From NCBI GenBank assembly GCA_000697335.1, contig JNEM01012590.1:1-52292 (forward strand): a stretch of 52,292 nucleotides of DNA. Reading direction: 5' to 3'. Origin of the DNA: Conidiobolus incongruus B7586 (Eukaryota). This document shows positions 24,784 to 37,059 of this stretch, one piece after another. Each line of letters starts with the position of its first letter. The stretch's first letter is position 1. A model generated the notes under the pieces. The model saw only the letters and a list, made by a program, of their open reading frames with translations, was not told the DNA's origin and made no database searches. A program made the position numbers and the translations under genes.

Positions 24784-26980
24784 ATGAGCTATACTCCTAA
24801 GCGCCGTTTAGATAACATAATTGCTCACTTGTCCCTCTCTGAAAATAAGACATTTGCTAAAGAAAAATCAAAGTAGCTTAAACTTATTATCAGGAAAATC
24901 CTTAAACTAATCAAGATTTTTAATCTTAGTCTAGTCCTCGTTGACAAAGGTTCAGGCAAGACTTGGGAAATTGAACACTCTACAGAAACTGGCAAGAGTA
25001 CCAACCTCCAACTCTTCGTTTCTGGGTACTAAGAATTAAGGATACCAAATCACTGATCACTAACCTATATATCAAAATAGTGAAACTGACCAAGCTTTAA
25101 CAGTACTTGACAACAGAACCAAGAAAGTTTATGAAATTCCTATTAAGGACGGAACCATTTCCGCTTCAGCTTTGAAAGCTATCAAAAAGGAAAATAGTGA
25201 TACTGATGGTTTAAGGTATGTATATTAGCTTAATATTACCCAGCCCCTTGTTAATATATTATTTTAGAGTTTACGACCCTGGTAAATTTTAATTTTCTCT
25301 GTTAATATAACCGGATCATTTTTCGTCTGATACTTTAATAGGTTTTCTCAACACCGCAGTTTGTGAATCCGCTATTACTTTCATTGATGGTGACAAGGGT
25401 ATTTTACATTATAGAGGTTACCCTATCGAAGAATTGGCTGAAAAGTCTTCATTCTTGGAAGTTGCTTACCTTTTGATTTATGGAGATCTTCCCACTAAAG
25501 TATGATTAGTTTTATTTTGTATATGACTTTAAAACTAATACATATGTTGTATAGGATCAATTTGAATACTTTTCAAATGAAGTTCTGCAGCACACTATCC
25601 TCCACACTAACGTCACTAAACTAATGAGCTCTTTTAACTATGATGCTCATCCTATGGGAATGTTCATCAGGTATTTTCACTTAAATTTCACTATTGCAAC
25701 ATCTAAACTAATATATTTAGTGGTATTTCTGCTATGTCCACTTTTGTCCCTGATGCCAATCCTTCCCTCAGGGTACATTTGGCATTTACCATAACGATAT
25801 TTGAGCTAACAAATTTAACTTAGGGTTCTGATCTTTATGCTGTCAACACTGAAGCCATGGACAAGCAAATCATCAGAATTTTGGGTAAAGTAACCACCAT
25901 GGCAGCTATATCCTATCGCCATCGTATTGGAAGGCCTTATAACTTGCCCCAAAACAACATGGGCTACACTGAAAACTTTTTGTACATGATGGACCATATG
26001 GCTGAACCCAGCTATCGTCCTAATCCTAAGCTTGTTAAAGCTTTAGACATCTTGTTCATTCTACATGTGGGATTTTAAGATCATATCGAAATTTGGCATG
26101 TTGCTAATATTGACTAATTTAGGCTGATCATGAATTGAATTGCTCTACTGCCGCTATGCGCCATATTGGTTCTAGCCGTGTTGATCCTTACAGGTTTGTC
26201 TTCATCACATAATTAGAAATCACTGATCTAAACAAACACTGTTATATAGTGCTATCGCTGGTGCTGCTTCTGCTTTATATGGTCCCCTTCATGGAGGCGC
26301 CAATGAGGTAAATATTTTTTTTATAAATTGAAGATCCAACCTAAAACGTTAACTAGGCTGTATTAAGAATGTTAGAAGACATTGGCTCAGTTGAAGCCAT
26401 TCCCACTTTCCTCCAACAAGTCAAGAACCGTCAAAAGAAATTGATGGGATTCGGTCATCGTGTCTACAAGAACTACGATCCTCGTGCCAAACTCATCCGC
26501 AAAACCGCTTACGAAGTTTTTGAAGTTTGTGGCCGCGAACCCCTTATCGATGTCGCTATCGCTTTGGAACAAGCTGCTCTCAATGACGAGTTCTTCGTCA
26601 AGCGCAAGCTCTATCCTAACGTTGACTTCTACTCTGGTCTCATTTATAAGGCTATGGGCTTCCCCACCGACTTCTTCCCCGTACTCTTCGCCATTCCGCG
26701 TGTTGCTGGTTGGTTAGCTCACTGGAAGGAATCTTATGCCTCAAAGGACGGTAAAATCTGGCGTCCTCGTCAAGTCTACATTGGTCATGGCAAGCGTCCC
26801 TACCTTCCCATCGAATTGAGAAATGACGACAATGTCAAGGCTCAATCTTTAACTAAGATGGCTACTGTAAGCTCTATTATAATTTATTTCTTTTGCTTAT
26901 TATTAACTTTGATTTTTTAGTATCAAACTCGCAAGAGATCATCAGTTGCCATTATCGACGACAAAGAAGGAAAATTATAA
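24784..26980 (+). CDS. Citrate synthase, peroxisomal/glyoxysomal type, about 12 exons
   Basis: Spliced product contains [82 protein letters not shown]-terminal RLDNIIAHL; ends KEGKL. Includes a 14-nt micro-exon (25268-25281). Confidence 0.92.
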
Positions 26981-27899
26981 TATAGCTATATAACCATTAT
27001 AATTTAAAATCGAATCAAATTGACCAAATTGTCAAATAAATAATAATAATAACTCATTAAATGCGTCATTATTAGCCTTGTTATTTTTTCATTATAGATA
27101 TGCATGCTACTATTTTAATTTTTATATCTTGTTAATACTATTTCAAATGATGTTTATAATTTCAATCAATTGTTTTTTAATATTTTGAATTATGAATTCA
27201 GTAGATATAGACAAATAAAAAAGTTTATCAATAATAAAAATTGTGTTACTAAATACGCTAATTATCTGATCTTTTATATTCTATGATAATTAAATGTAAA
27301 TTTATTATTGGGTTTAGTATTATAATTCTATCATTCAAGATTCATAGATTCAGTAATAATCGATATTTGAGTATGTATCAGTGATTCTGAGTAATGGATT
27401 TTTTATGAATATGATTAAAATAAAATATTTGACTGATTATTTTGAAATTTTTAGTTTTAATATATAGTATAAAACTTTATAAATGATGATATTAATATCC
27501 AAAATTAAAATATTTAAATTTATATATAATATATATTTGTTGAATTATTATCATAGTTGATTTGTTAACTGTGAATTTAAATATATTTAATTTAATATAA
27601 TAAAATAATAATGAATTAGAATGCCATCCTTATAATCAAGTTAATTTAACAAAGTTTTTATCAAATAATAGTATAACAAAATTGTTAATCATTTATTTCT
27701 TTGTAATGATATTATTATATAATAAATTAGATTATAAGTAATATTAACTATATTATACATGATAGACTTAAACTTGAAAAGGGATAAACCTTAAATATAA
27801 TGTAACAATTTATATATTTTTGAATATTAATTTATTGAATATTACTAAAAAATTACAAGACAAAAAATATAAAATTGTTGATTATAGTGATGATATCAT

Positions 27900-29230
27900 A
27901 ATAAATAAAATTATTAAATCTTAAATTATTATCTTAAATTTAAAAAAATAAGAAATTTTTTAATTTTTAATTTTTCAAATATATTATTAATTTTAAATAA
28001 ACAAAATAAATATATAATAAATAAAAAATTATATAGTCTTAAATTATATATAGGTATATAATAACTCTTTTGATTATGAAATTAAATTTTTAAAATTGAT
28101 TATTTAATTTAATTATATTTGAATAAAATAATAATGATCAAAAGTTTTTGATTTTGAAATTAATAAAACTGAGCTATAAACCATTTAAAATTGTTTAAAA
28201 TTCACAAGTAATTTTTGGTAATAGAATATTATTTAAATTAACTGTTTATTATTAAATATAATATTTTAAAGTTAAAAAGAAATTTTTTATAATTTATTAA
28301 AATCTAGAGAACTAATTTTAATTATTATTTTTTCAATTATTAAAAAAGTTAAAAGAAATATATTAAAAGATATTTTTTAATTTTAGTTAAAAAATTGTCA
28401 AGATAATATAATATTAGTCTTATAAATAATTTATATATTTTAAACTTTAAACTTAAATTAATTAATAAAAATATAAAATAAATACTTTATAATTTAATTA
28501 AAGTTTAGAAAAAAACTTAATTAATTATTGCTAAATAAAACCTACTTAAATATTACTAAAAATTAAAGCTTTTATAATAAATTATTATAATAAATAAATC
28601 TTAAATCATTTTATATAATCATTGATTAAAATATAAATATTAAATTAAATTAAATTAAATAAATTTTATATAAATTTTTTTAAAAATATTTTATTAATTA
28701 GTAAATTTTAAATATTATAAAAAATTATAATTTCATATTCTATTCTTATTTAATTCATGCAAAAAATTAATTAATAGTAATTTTTATATTATTTTTTAAA
28801 TAAAATTATTTTTAATCAGTATTATTAATATAATTTAAGAAAACTTATAATTTTATATAATAATTGCAAAATATATAAATTTAAAGTTATAAAAATTTTC
28901 TAATTAAAAATAACTAGAGAAAACTACCACATCTAGTATATTTTTTAGACTATAACTTATATAATTATAATTGCTTTAAGTAATCAAAAAATTAGCTTAC
29001 AAAGAAAGTTTCTACAAAAGAATTTAATTAGTTTATAAAATATCAAATTTTAATCTTTAATAAAAAAAATTTATTTTCAATGTTAGAAATTTGTTAAAAA
29101 TATAGCAAAACATTATTAATAATAAAAAAACTATTAATTTTATATTATATTATTATTTTTATATATTATATATCAAAACAATTATTTTTAATTAGAAAAA
29201 ATCCCTATTATATAAAATACAAAGTAATAA
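27900..29230 (+). mobile_element. Hypermutated mariner-type (DD34D-like) DNA transposon relic, copy A
   Basis: Colinear degenerate motifs: IFGNRILFKLTVYY*I*YFK (HTH, ~28211-28270), K*ILYNL (WVPHEL-like, 28476-28496), IIIINKS*I (TxDExW, 28581-28607), LYNN (LHDN, 28853-28864), LPHLVYFLDYNLYNY (LPHPxYSPDxxPxDY, 28924-28968), NLLKI*QNII near the end. Ends approximate; TIRs not securely resolved. Confidence 0.75.
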
Positions 29231-29815
29231 TTACCTATAAAATTGAGTTACTTAGTTGAATTGATATAATAATCTATATTCATTTGATTGATCTTGATTC
29301 AATTCTCCTTGGGTGCATCTGATCAATCATATAGCTTGAATGGATTGTGCAAAAATATTTTGACATTTGTTATGCCTATTATACAATATATAAATCAAAA
29401 AAATAGTGAAAAATCAAGCTATATCAGTGTTCCATTGGTTTAAGATCATATTGTTCAATTGATTGGCCAATTCCCAAAAATTGACCAATGAATTAAATAA
29501 ATGCATTAAGAATAATAAACTCTAACTTGATTGTAAAAAAAGAGTAAAATGACTGATGATAAATGAAAAAATCTGTCTTGACTATCGCCTCATATCTTTT
29601 AAATAGCTATAAATTATTATACGCATATCATATCATATTAGATATATAAAAGTGTATTATTGAATTGATAATACTGTTAATATTCAGTTGTTTTAAATTT
29701 TTATTTGATAGTAAGTGTATATAATCATTATATGTTTTAATATATATCCTTATTCTTTAATAAGCGCTGAAACTTTATTTGAAATGAATATTGATATGTT
29801 ACTCATGTATAAACT
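29231..29815 (+). repeat. ~585-bp repeat, copy 1 (inverted partner of 38386-38971)
   Basis: Reverse complement of 38386-38971; central ~360 bp identical by eye, mismatches near the ends. Confidence 0.92.
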
Positions 29816-30289
29816 GAGATTATTTGTTTTGAATTTTTCAAGTATATTGATTTGAATTTCATTAAATGAATCTGAAGTGTCTCAAAATTATACTGAAAAA
29901 AGCAAATTTGAATAATTACTGATATACCATTAATATAGATTTGTGATTAAAAACTAAAGGGTGATTTTTAAAATATACATATAAAAAATTCAAAAGTTAT
30001 GGTAAATATCAGTACAAATTATTTATTACTGAATAGATTTATTTTATATAAAATATGTTTTTTATTGAAAATCAATAAAAATAATTGAAGAGTTAGAAAT
30101 TAAACATTTGATAAATTTAATTGAAATATAATTGTTGATAACAGTTAATCAATTTTAATATACAATACCTTTAAAAGCGTGATGCTTCACAATAATTAAA
30201 TAATATTATTTAAAACGATTCAATTAAATATTAAATAACGATCAAAAACTAATACAAAATACCTTTTAAAGCGATAATATTAAAATCAA

Positions 30290-32803
30290 TCAACCGAACT
30301 AGAACTCAGCTGAAAGATGTTACTGCCTTTTTTGAATAAAAAGGTTTGATTGTTAAGTCCTATAAAAATCACGAAAACCGCTAATAAAATATAAATTTAT
30401 ATCTATCGTGAAATTAGGATATTGGTGGTGATAATGTATGGGATGAGGAGCTACCTTACGCAATTTGATTGAATTTGTTAAATTTAAAAGGGTTGCTTTG
30501 GTACTCTTCTGCTAACTCGCTAAATTTGTGTAGGAATCTAATTTAGAGTTAGTATAATGTTTTATCGCATAATTGATTATAATGTACTTGATTACTGACT
30601 TGGTCTCTTTTACTCATTACAGTATCGTGTTAAAAACTTTGGAAATGGGAGTTTTCTACTTCGTCCTCATAGGTATCAAACAAGCTATGGTTTATTAGTT
30701 CAATGACATCTTTGGCATCTGATTCAGTGGCAGTATTCTTTAATTTCTCTTTTGCTCTAGCTTCTGCCAATCAAATCAAAGATTTCAACTGTCTCGTGGT
30801 AATAGATGTGGAATCAATAGGCTGGTGCTTTTTGCGAAGCTCCAAATAAATTTTTTGAAGACAACGGCAGCCTACAAAGTTGGATGGATGGCAATGATTT
30901 CTAACGTATGCAATATACTTTCTTAATATTTGACCAGGAACTAAGTTCATCTTTGCTTCAGGTTTATGACATAATTTCAAGTATAAATCAGAAACATTGT
31001 TTCCAAATTCCAGGATTTCTATATTAAAATTTCTTTCTATATTGGCATATTCTGTTCCTCTCGTTGAATGCATTTGCATATTATGATTTAAGAGGTATTC
31101 ATCCCGTAGTTGGTTGGGTTTATCTAGAAACATAAATAAAACATCTAAATGAGATAATAGTGGATGATTCATTTTCAAAATTCCAGAAACAGTTTTGGCC
31201 TTATTATAATGGCCACCTGCTGGACTGGCTGCTGCAATAATACTTGTTCTAGCTGGCAAAGTACAAGCGATACCACCTTTTGCTATAATGATACTTTGTT
31301 GTTCCATAACTTCCAATGGTGTAATATGTTCATTTGTCATTTTATCGAATTCGTCAATACAGCAGGTACCTTGATTGCCTAAAACCAAAGCACCAGCTTC
31401 AAGTGCAAAATCATTAGAATCTGCTTCCTTAGCCAAAGTTACAGTCAAACCACTTGAAGACACGCCACTGGCACCACTAACATAAACACCTCGAGGTGCC
31501 AAATTTTTCGCAGCCACAAGAATTTGTCTTTACTCAAGACCTGGATCACCCACGATCAATACGTATGAATCACCACGAATCGAAATATCTCCTTTAGTGT
31601 ATTTCTTCGCCTTCCATCAAAAAGTGATAATAGCATACCTGCTTTAACCAATTCATGACCGAAAATTTTTGGACAAAACGAATTTACTTAATTTAAATAG
31701 TTCAGGTTCCCTCTAGAGAGCGTTGAAGAATTTCAAATCTTTATCTGAAAACTTGATGATAACTTGAAAATTGGTATCGGGATCTCAATATCAAGGATTA
31801 TCGTCACCAGCTTGAGATTCTGAAGCTTTAGAAATATTGATGAGACCCAAATAAGCTGTAAAAATGGTATTAGCAGTATTTTGTCTAAAGTTTCCCTCGC
31901 TATTTTGGTGCACTTTTATTGGACCTGTTCAAAAGATTGTATCGCCTGGAGACGCCCGATCTACCAGATAATTGATCAATCCGCTATCGACAGCTTTTGG
32001 AACTCTTCTCAAATCGTCGGAATTATTGTTGGTATTCTCCTGGATTTTCAGGGTCTGGGAATCGATTGTAACGGTTTGGGGACTGTATCGATTCGGTTCG
32101 AAAACTTTGGTATTACTCCCTCTCGTAGAACATTTTGAGGGGTAACTGTATTTACCATCCAGAAATTTGGCAGCTGTTGTGGTCCTGCGCTTAATACAGT
32201 CGAAAGCCATTTGAATTACCAATAATTTTACAGATGATGCGCAAATGACTAAAAACAATTATAAATATTAGGTAACTTGAAAATATAAAAAAAATGCTAG
32301 GTCCTTTAATGATAACCAATTTATAAATGAAACCAGATTTAATCTCATTGAATGAATAAAACGGTCTATACTGAAAAATTTTGAATATTTACCAGTTTCA
32401 ACTCTGCAATATCCAAGCTATGTAAAGGTTCCTTAGCCTTACTGACATAAAATTAACAAATTATCAATATAGTATACCGAATAAATTAAAATCTTGAATT
32501 ATCTTATGAATTTGATATTTTAAACATGCTAAATTCACTTTGACCTGCTGTAGAAACAGCTCAAAGTCCCTTGGCCTTTAGGATGATATAAAAAATTGTA
32601 AAATCCATTGTACAAATACTATAATGCTCGATTTCATTATAGTCAACGATCAGAATCTTTTCATCGATTAATGTTTGTATGGTTTTGAGATGGTTTCCAG
32701 CCTCACGAAATTCGAAATATTCATTATTTATAAATGTAGTTTGGCATCTAAATTCAAAGGTTTCGAATATCTTTTTCTTTTGTTGTGTTTTGTGTTTTTG
32801 CAT
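30290..32803 (-). pseudogene. MCM8: MCM8-like helicase pseudogene
   Basis: PKIFGHELVKAGMLLSL; Walker A disrupted to VGDPGLE*RQ; LEAGALVLGNQGTCCIDEFDKM; arginine finger LLSRFD changed to LLSHLD; ITTRQLKSLI*LAEARAK; C-terminal LNNQTFLFKKGSNIFQL. Several stops and frameshifts. Ends approximate. Confidence 0.82.
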
Positions 32804-34578
32804 ATATGTTGATTTTGTGTTTGGTTTATTGATTGTATATACTTTGCTTTATTATTTGATAGGGATTATTATTAAGGGTTCATTTGAATTTTATATCAAT
32901 TTTTCAATCACGAATTCAGTTTTATATTTAGCTTTTACTAAAATGCATTAAAAATATGGGATTTTTGAATTGATGATCAGAAAAAGATTATTTTGATTAT
33001 CAAATCATCTTAATTATTTTCATTTTATTATAAATAGGGTAATCAATTGAATTTATTAAATAGAATCACAAGTAGATTTGTTAATATAATAATTCAATAA
33101 AAATATCATCAAAAACTAAAATAATTTTTAAATAAAAATCCTAAATATGAAATATATATATATCACTTTTCAAATATTAGATAGTGTTGAGATAGCTAAT
33201 GCACTATCTGGGGTGGGTTTGGGCAACCAGTAATAGTGTTCATCAAGTTTATTTACTAAATATACTGCCATCAACACTGAGATGATTTTGTAAGTCATCT
33301 AAAGTTTAAGTCCAACAATCATTCCAAAAGCCTTGTGAAACAGAGTTATAATTAATAAGGTCACATACAAGGTAGTATAAAAAGGAATTGATAATGGTAG
33401 CATGTTATTTGAAACATCCTCTATCTTTGGTGGAGATGGTATCAACCTATTCCACATTAAATTATTCATTGAAATGTTAAGTTATAAAGTGATATTAATA
33501 TACAAGGGTCTTATTGTTATTGTTAAGAGACGTTGTAATAGTTGTTGGTGGTTAAACCCAGCATAGTGTAGAGGAAAACTTAAATTGGATATGATGTAAG
33601 CAATTTAATATATTGATGAGTTTATTTAGGCTTCGAATATATTAGTTAATGTGTATATATTAGATAATATAGATTAGTCATTTCAATATAACTATGATAA
33701 TAATAATAATAATCACATTTCTTAGAATGATAGTGATTAAAAATAATCAAAGAAAAGATTGTGAGATATTGAGAGGAAGAGGAAGAGCCATGTTTACTAA
33801 TTGAATTAATGTTAATTATATTATTAAATTAGTGTTAAAAGTATAAATTACTTAGTTAATTAAAAGTCAGTATAAACATAGAGTTTTATATAAGAATTTG
33901 AGGAATTAGTCTCTCAACTGATGTTTCACTTAAGATTAGATCCTTAAGTGAATTAGGTTATATATAGTATATAAGACAAGTTATAATTTACTAATCAATT
34001 TTTGATAATATTAATAAACTTAAAATATAAAATTAGAAACCAATAGGTTACTAATCCTACAGAAGAAAACTCAGTTATTAATAATTTATTGAATAATTAT
34101 TAATTATTACTAGAGTTTAAATACAATTCGTAAAATGTATTGAAAGTGATAAAATTTTATAAAGGATAATTAGAAATGGATTGAAATAATTGTAAAGGTT
34201 AACAGTTTAAAGCAGATAGCCAAAAATAATTTGATTTATATATTCATAACAAATATTTCAAGCTTTAAATGATATAAATGATAACAAAAGGATGTGTATA
34301 TAATTAACTGATTGTGATAATCAATGTAGATTGATTTTATTTATATTCTTTTTGGATATTAAATAAAAGATTTCAAATCACTTGTAAGATCTATCAAATT
34401 CAATAACTATAAATTTTGAAATATTTTTGGATTGATATTTAATGATCAGTTATCATCTTTTCAATATATTTTTTGATTATAAAACCAATTTTTTAAATAA
34501 CGATTATATTCTTTGGATAAGGTATGCTGATTCAATTTATTTGATTTATTGATGAGGTTAAACAAAAATCATTGAATT

Positions 34579-35133
34579 TTAATCTTTCTTCTGTTCATCA
34601 GATCTTGGCTGAGGATTGGGTTGAGTTTGACCTTGAGCTTGCGGCTGGGGCTGAGGTTGAGGTTGAAGTTGAGGTTGAAGTTGAGGTTGAGGTTGAGGTC
34701 GAGGTTGAGATTGAACAAAACCATACCAGAAAGGATTAGCAAATCCGGGAGGGAAGTATGGAATTCCGGGAATTTCACCATCGACAACAGGCTTTCCATT
34801 CCAATAAGTGGTAACATGACCATTTTGATTGGGGGGAGTTGTCCAGAAATTTTCGGTCATGGTAACTGGGTAGGTTATGCCATTTAAATTAGTTCCGGGA
34901 TTCTGGATTGTACGAGTGTAGGTGGTGGTTTGACCCATGCTAGGGGTGTAGTTAATAGTGACCGTGTTGGATTCGGGTTGGTTGTATTTGACTAGACCTG
35001 GGTATTTTGCAGCGAGCTCTCTAATTGAGTCTAAGCTGAAAAATCTTTTGAATTGTTGTATATATTGATTATCGCTATAGGGAAGAGCAGTAAAACTGCC
35101 AACAAAAAGGGTTAACAATACGGATTTGAACAT
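34579..35133 (-). CDS. Small secreted protein of unknown function with a Pro/Gln repeat tail
   Basis: 184-aa ORF, GC-richer than its flanks; signal peptide MFKSVLLTLFVGSFTA; KR dibasic site at residues 29-30; (PQ)n/QPQL tail. Confidence 0.7.
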   Translation of the reverse strand: MFKSVLLTLFVGSFTALPYSDNQYIQQFKRFFSLDSIRELAAKYPGLVKYNQPESNTVTINYTPSMGQTTTYTRTIQNPGTNLNGITYPVTMTENFWTTPPNQNGHVTTYWNGKPVVDGEIPGIPYFPPGFANPFWYGFVQSQPRPQPQPQLQPQLQPQPQPQPQAQGQTQPNPQPRSDEQKKD

Positions 35134-37059
35134 GTTCGCAAACTATAACAAGAGATGTAACTGTTGAATGACATTGAGAGAGAAATACCTTATATCATTA
35201 AACGTGAAATATGATCAACGTGAACTACATAATTTATATTAAAAGATATTCAAATAATTGACATAATTTTATGCAATCACTAATATTGATCTATTGTCTG
35301 TAGTTGCACTCTCGTTCCTTAATTATTCTCCATTTTACACATAAATTAAAAATTATTCATACCAAATTTCAGTAACTAGTAAATAGTTAATTGGTTTAAT
35401 TGCTATCAATTATCTTATCAACGTTGATATATCATCTAAGTATATCACTAAATATTTATACAAATATAGTAACAAGATGAATCAATATTTTAAACTGCAT
35501 AAAACAGTTCAATTTGATATTTTTACAAAATTATGTTCCATTATCTCAGCTAATATATTTTAGGCGATTAACAATTGTAAAAGCAATCTTCATACTGGAA
35601 ATTATAGTTTTTATTATTGGGGATGTACAAAGCTATTGTTGTATTTATATGGTATCAATAGCTGATATATCTAATATAAATTATAAAAAAGTGAAGATTT
35701 TTAAGTGTATAGCATGATAGAAGTATAAAATTAATACTCAAATAATCTGAAAATATAATAAGTGGGTTGCTTAAGCCAATTCTTATTTGGTATTATCTTA
35801 ATTAGAAAATAAAGTTTAAATTATTCTAAATACAGTCACAGATTGGCACGTCCCTAATAATTCGGAGTATCTAAAAATTGAAAGAGTTACCAATTCTTTT
35901 GAACATCATATTAACATCATTTCATGCTAATAATTTGATAGGTGTGACGAATTACAATAGAATGTGACTATTAGATTCAAGTTCAGTGTCAAAAGCAATC
36001 CTATTTTATAATATCAAATTGAATTGGTTGTATTTTGAATATCTAAAATTATTAGATTATGAACTTTGAATCTTACATTCTAGGTAAATTGGAAGTTCAG
36101 AAAATTTTTATCAAATTTTTATTATTAAAAAACTATATTTCAGATTTCATTGATTATCTGATCAGATATATTATAAGTAAAATATATCAAGCGCAACTTC
36201 AAAAAATTATTAGTTTTTGAATATTTTTGACTTTTATATAAAGTGCTTTAATAGTTTAATTCAATTTAAAACAAATATTAATTTGAACTTGTATAATTTA
36301 GTATGATTGAACTTTATAAAAATAACATTTGGAATCTAATTAAAAGTATAACTGTGTTATAAATTATTAGCTATATGAATTGAAATTAGATTAAAACTTT
36401 CAATTATTTTAACAGTTGATTTTAATATTAAATATAAAACTTTTTTGATGTTTTTAAATATGTTTATAAAACTCATTTTATATCAAATATATGTTATATA
36501 TTTTCTAAAATTTTTAATTTTCAAATTGAAAAAGTTCTAAATTGGGAAATTGATAGAATTTTCTTTTGAGCATATTCGAAATAATTTTTAAAGCTCCATT
36601 ATGTTTTCGAGGTTAATATGTACCTGCTGGATTGATATTTTAATAACATAAAATATTTTTAGATTTATAAACCATATTCTTATTAATATTTATTGGTTTG
36701 AATTCTTCAATATATTCAATATAAAAATATTAATTCAGATAGAGTTTAATATAAATAAGATCAAATTTTTTAAATTTTAAATGAAAAATATATATAAAGC
36801 ATTTAATTTCATATGATATATGATTGAAGTTGGCAAAGAAACAAATATGGACATAAAATATGATATTGTTAAACTTGTAAAATATTATGGATAAACAGAT
36901 CACGAATTAAATTGTAAAATGAACCTGATAGTTCAATTCATGTGACTACTTCTGTTGGATATACCCTAATTCATAATTATTTAATTTTATTTAAATAGTG
37001 AAATTCACCACTTTCAAGCTTATTGTTTGTTAAATATATTAATATTATAAGTAGATAAT

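Noticed and set aside
27730..27765. Candidate left TIR of mariner copy A (ttataagtaatatt... versus the reverse complement of ~29205-29240)
   Set aside because: The match needs several gaps in AT-only sequence and cannot be distinguished from chance by eye.
34610..34715. CRISPR-like or regulatory tandem repeat (ggttga/agttga)n
   Set aside because: It is the coding Pro-Gln repeat of the secreted protein, with no unique spacers.
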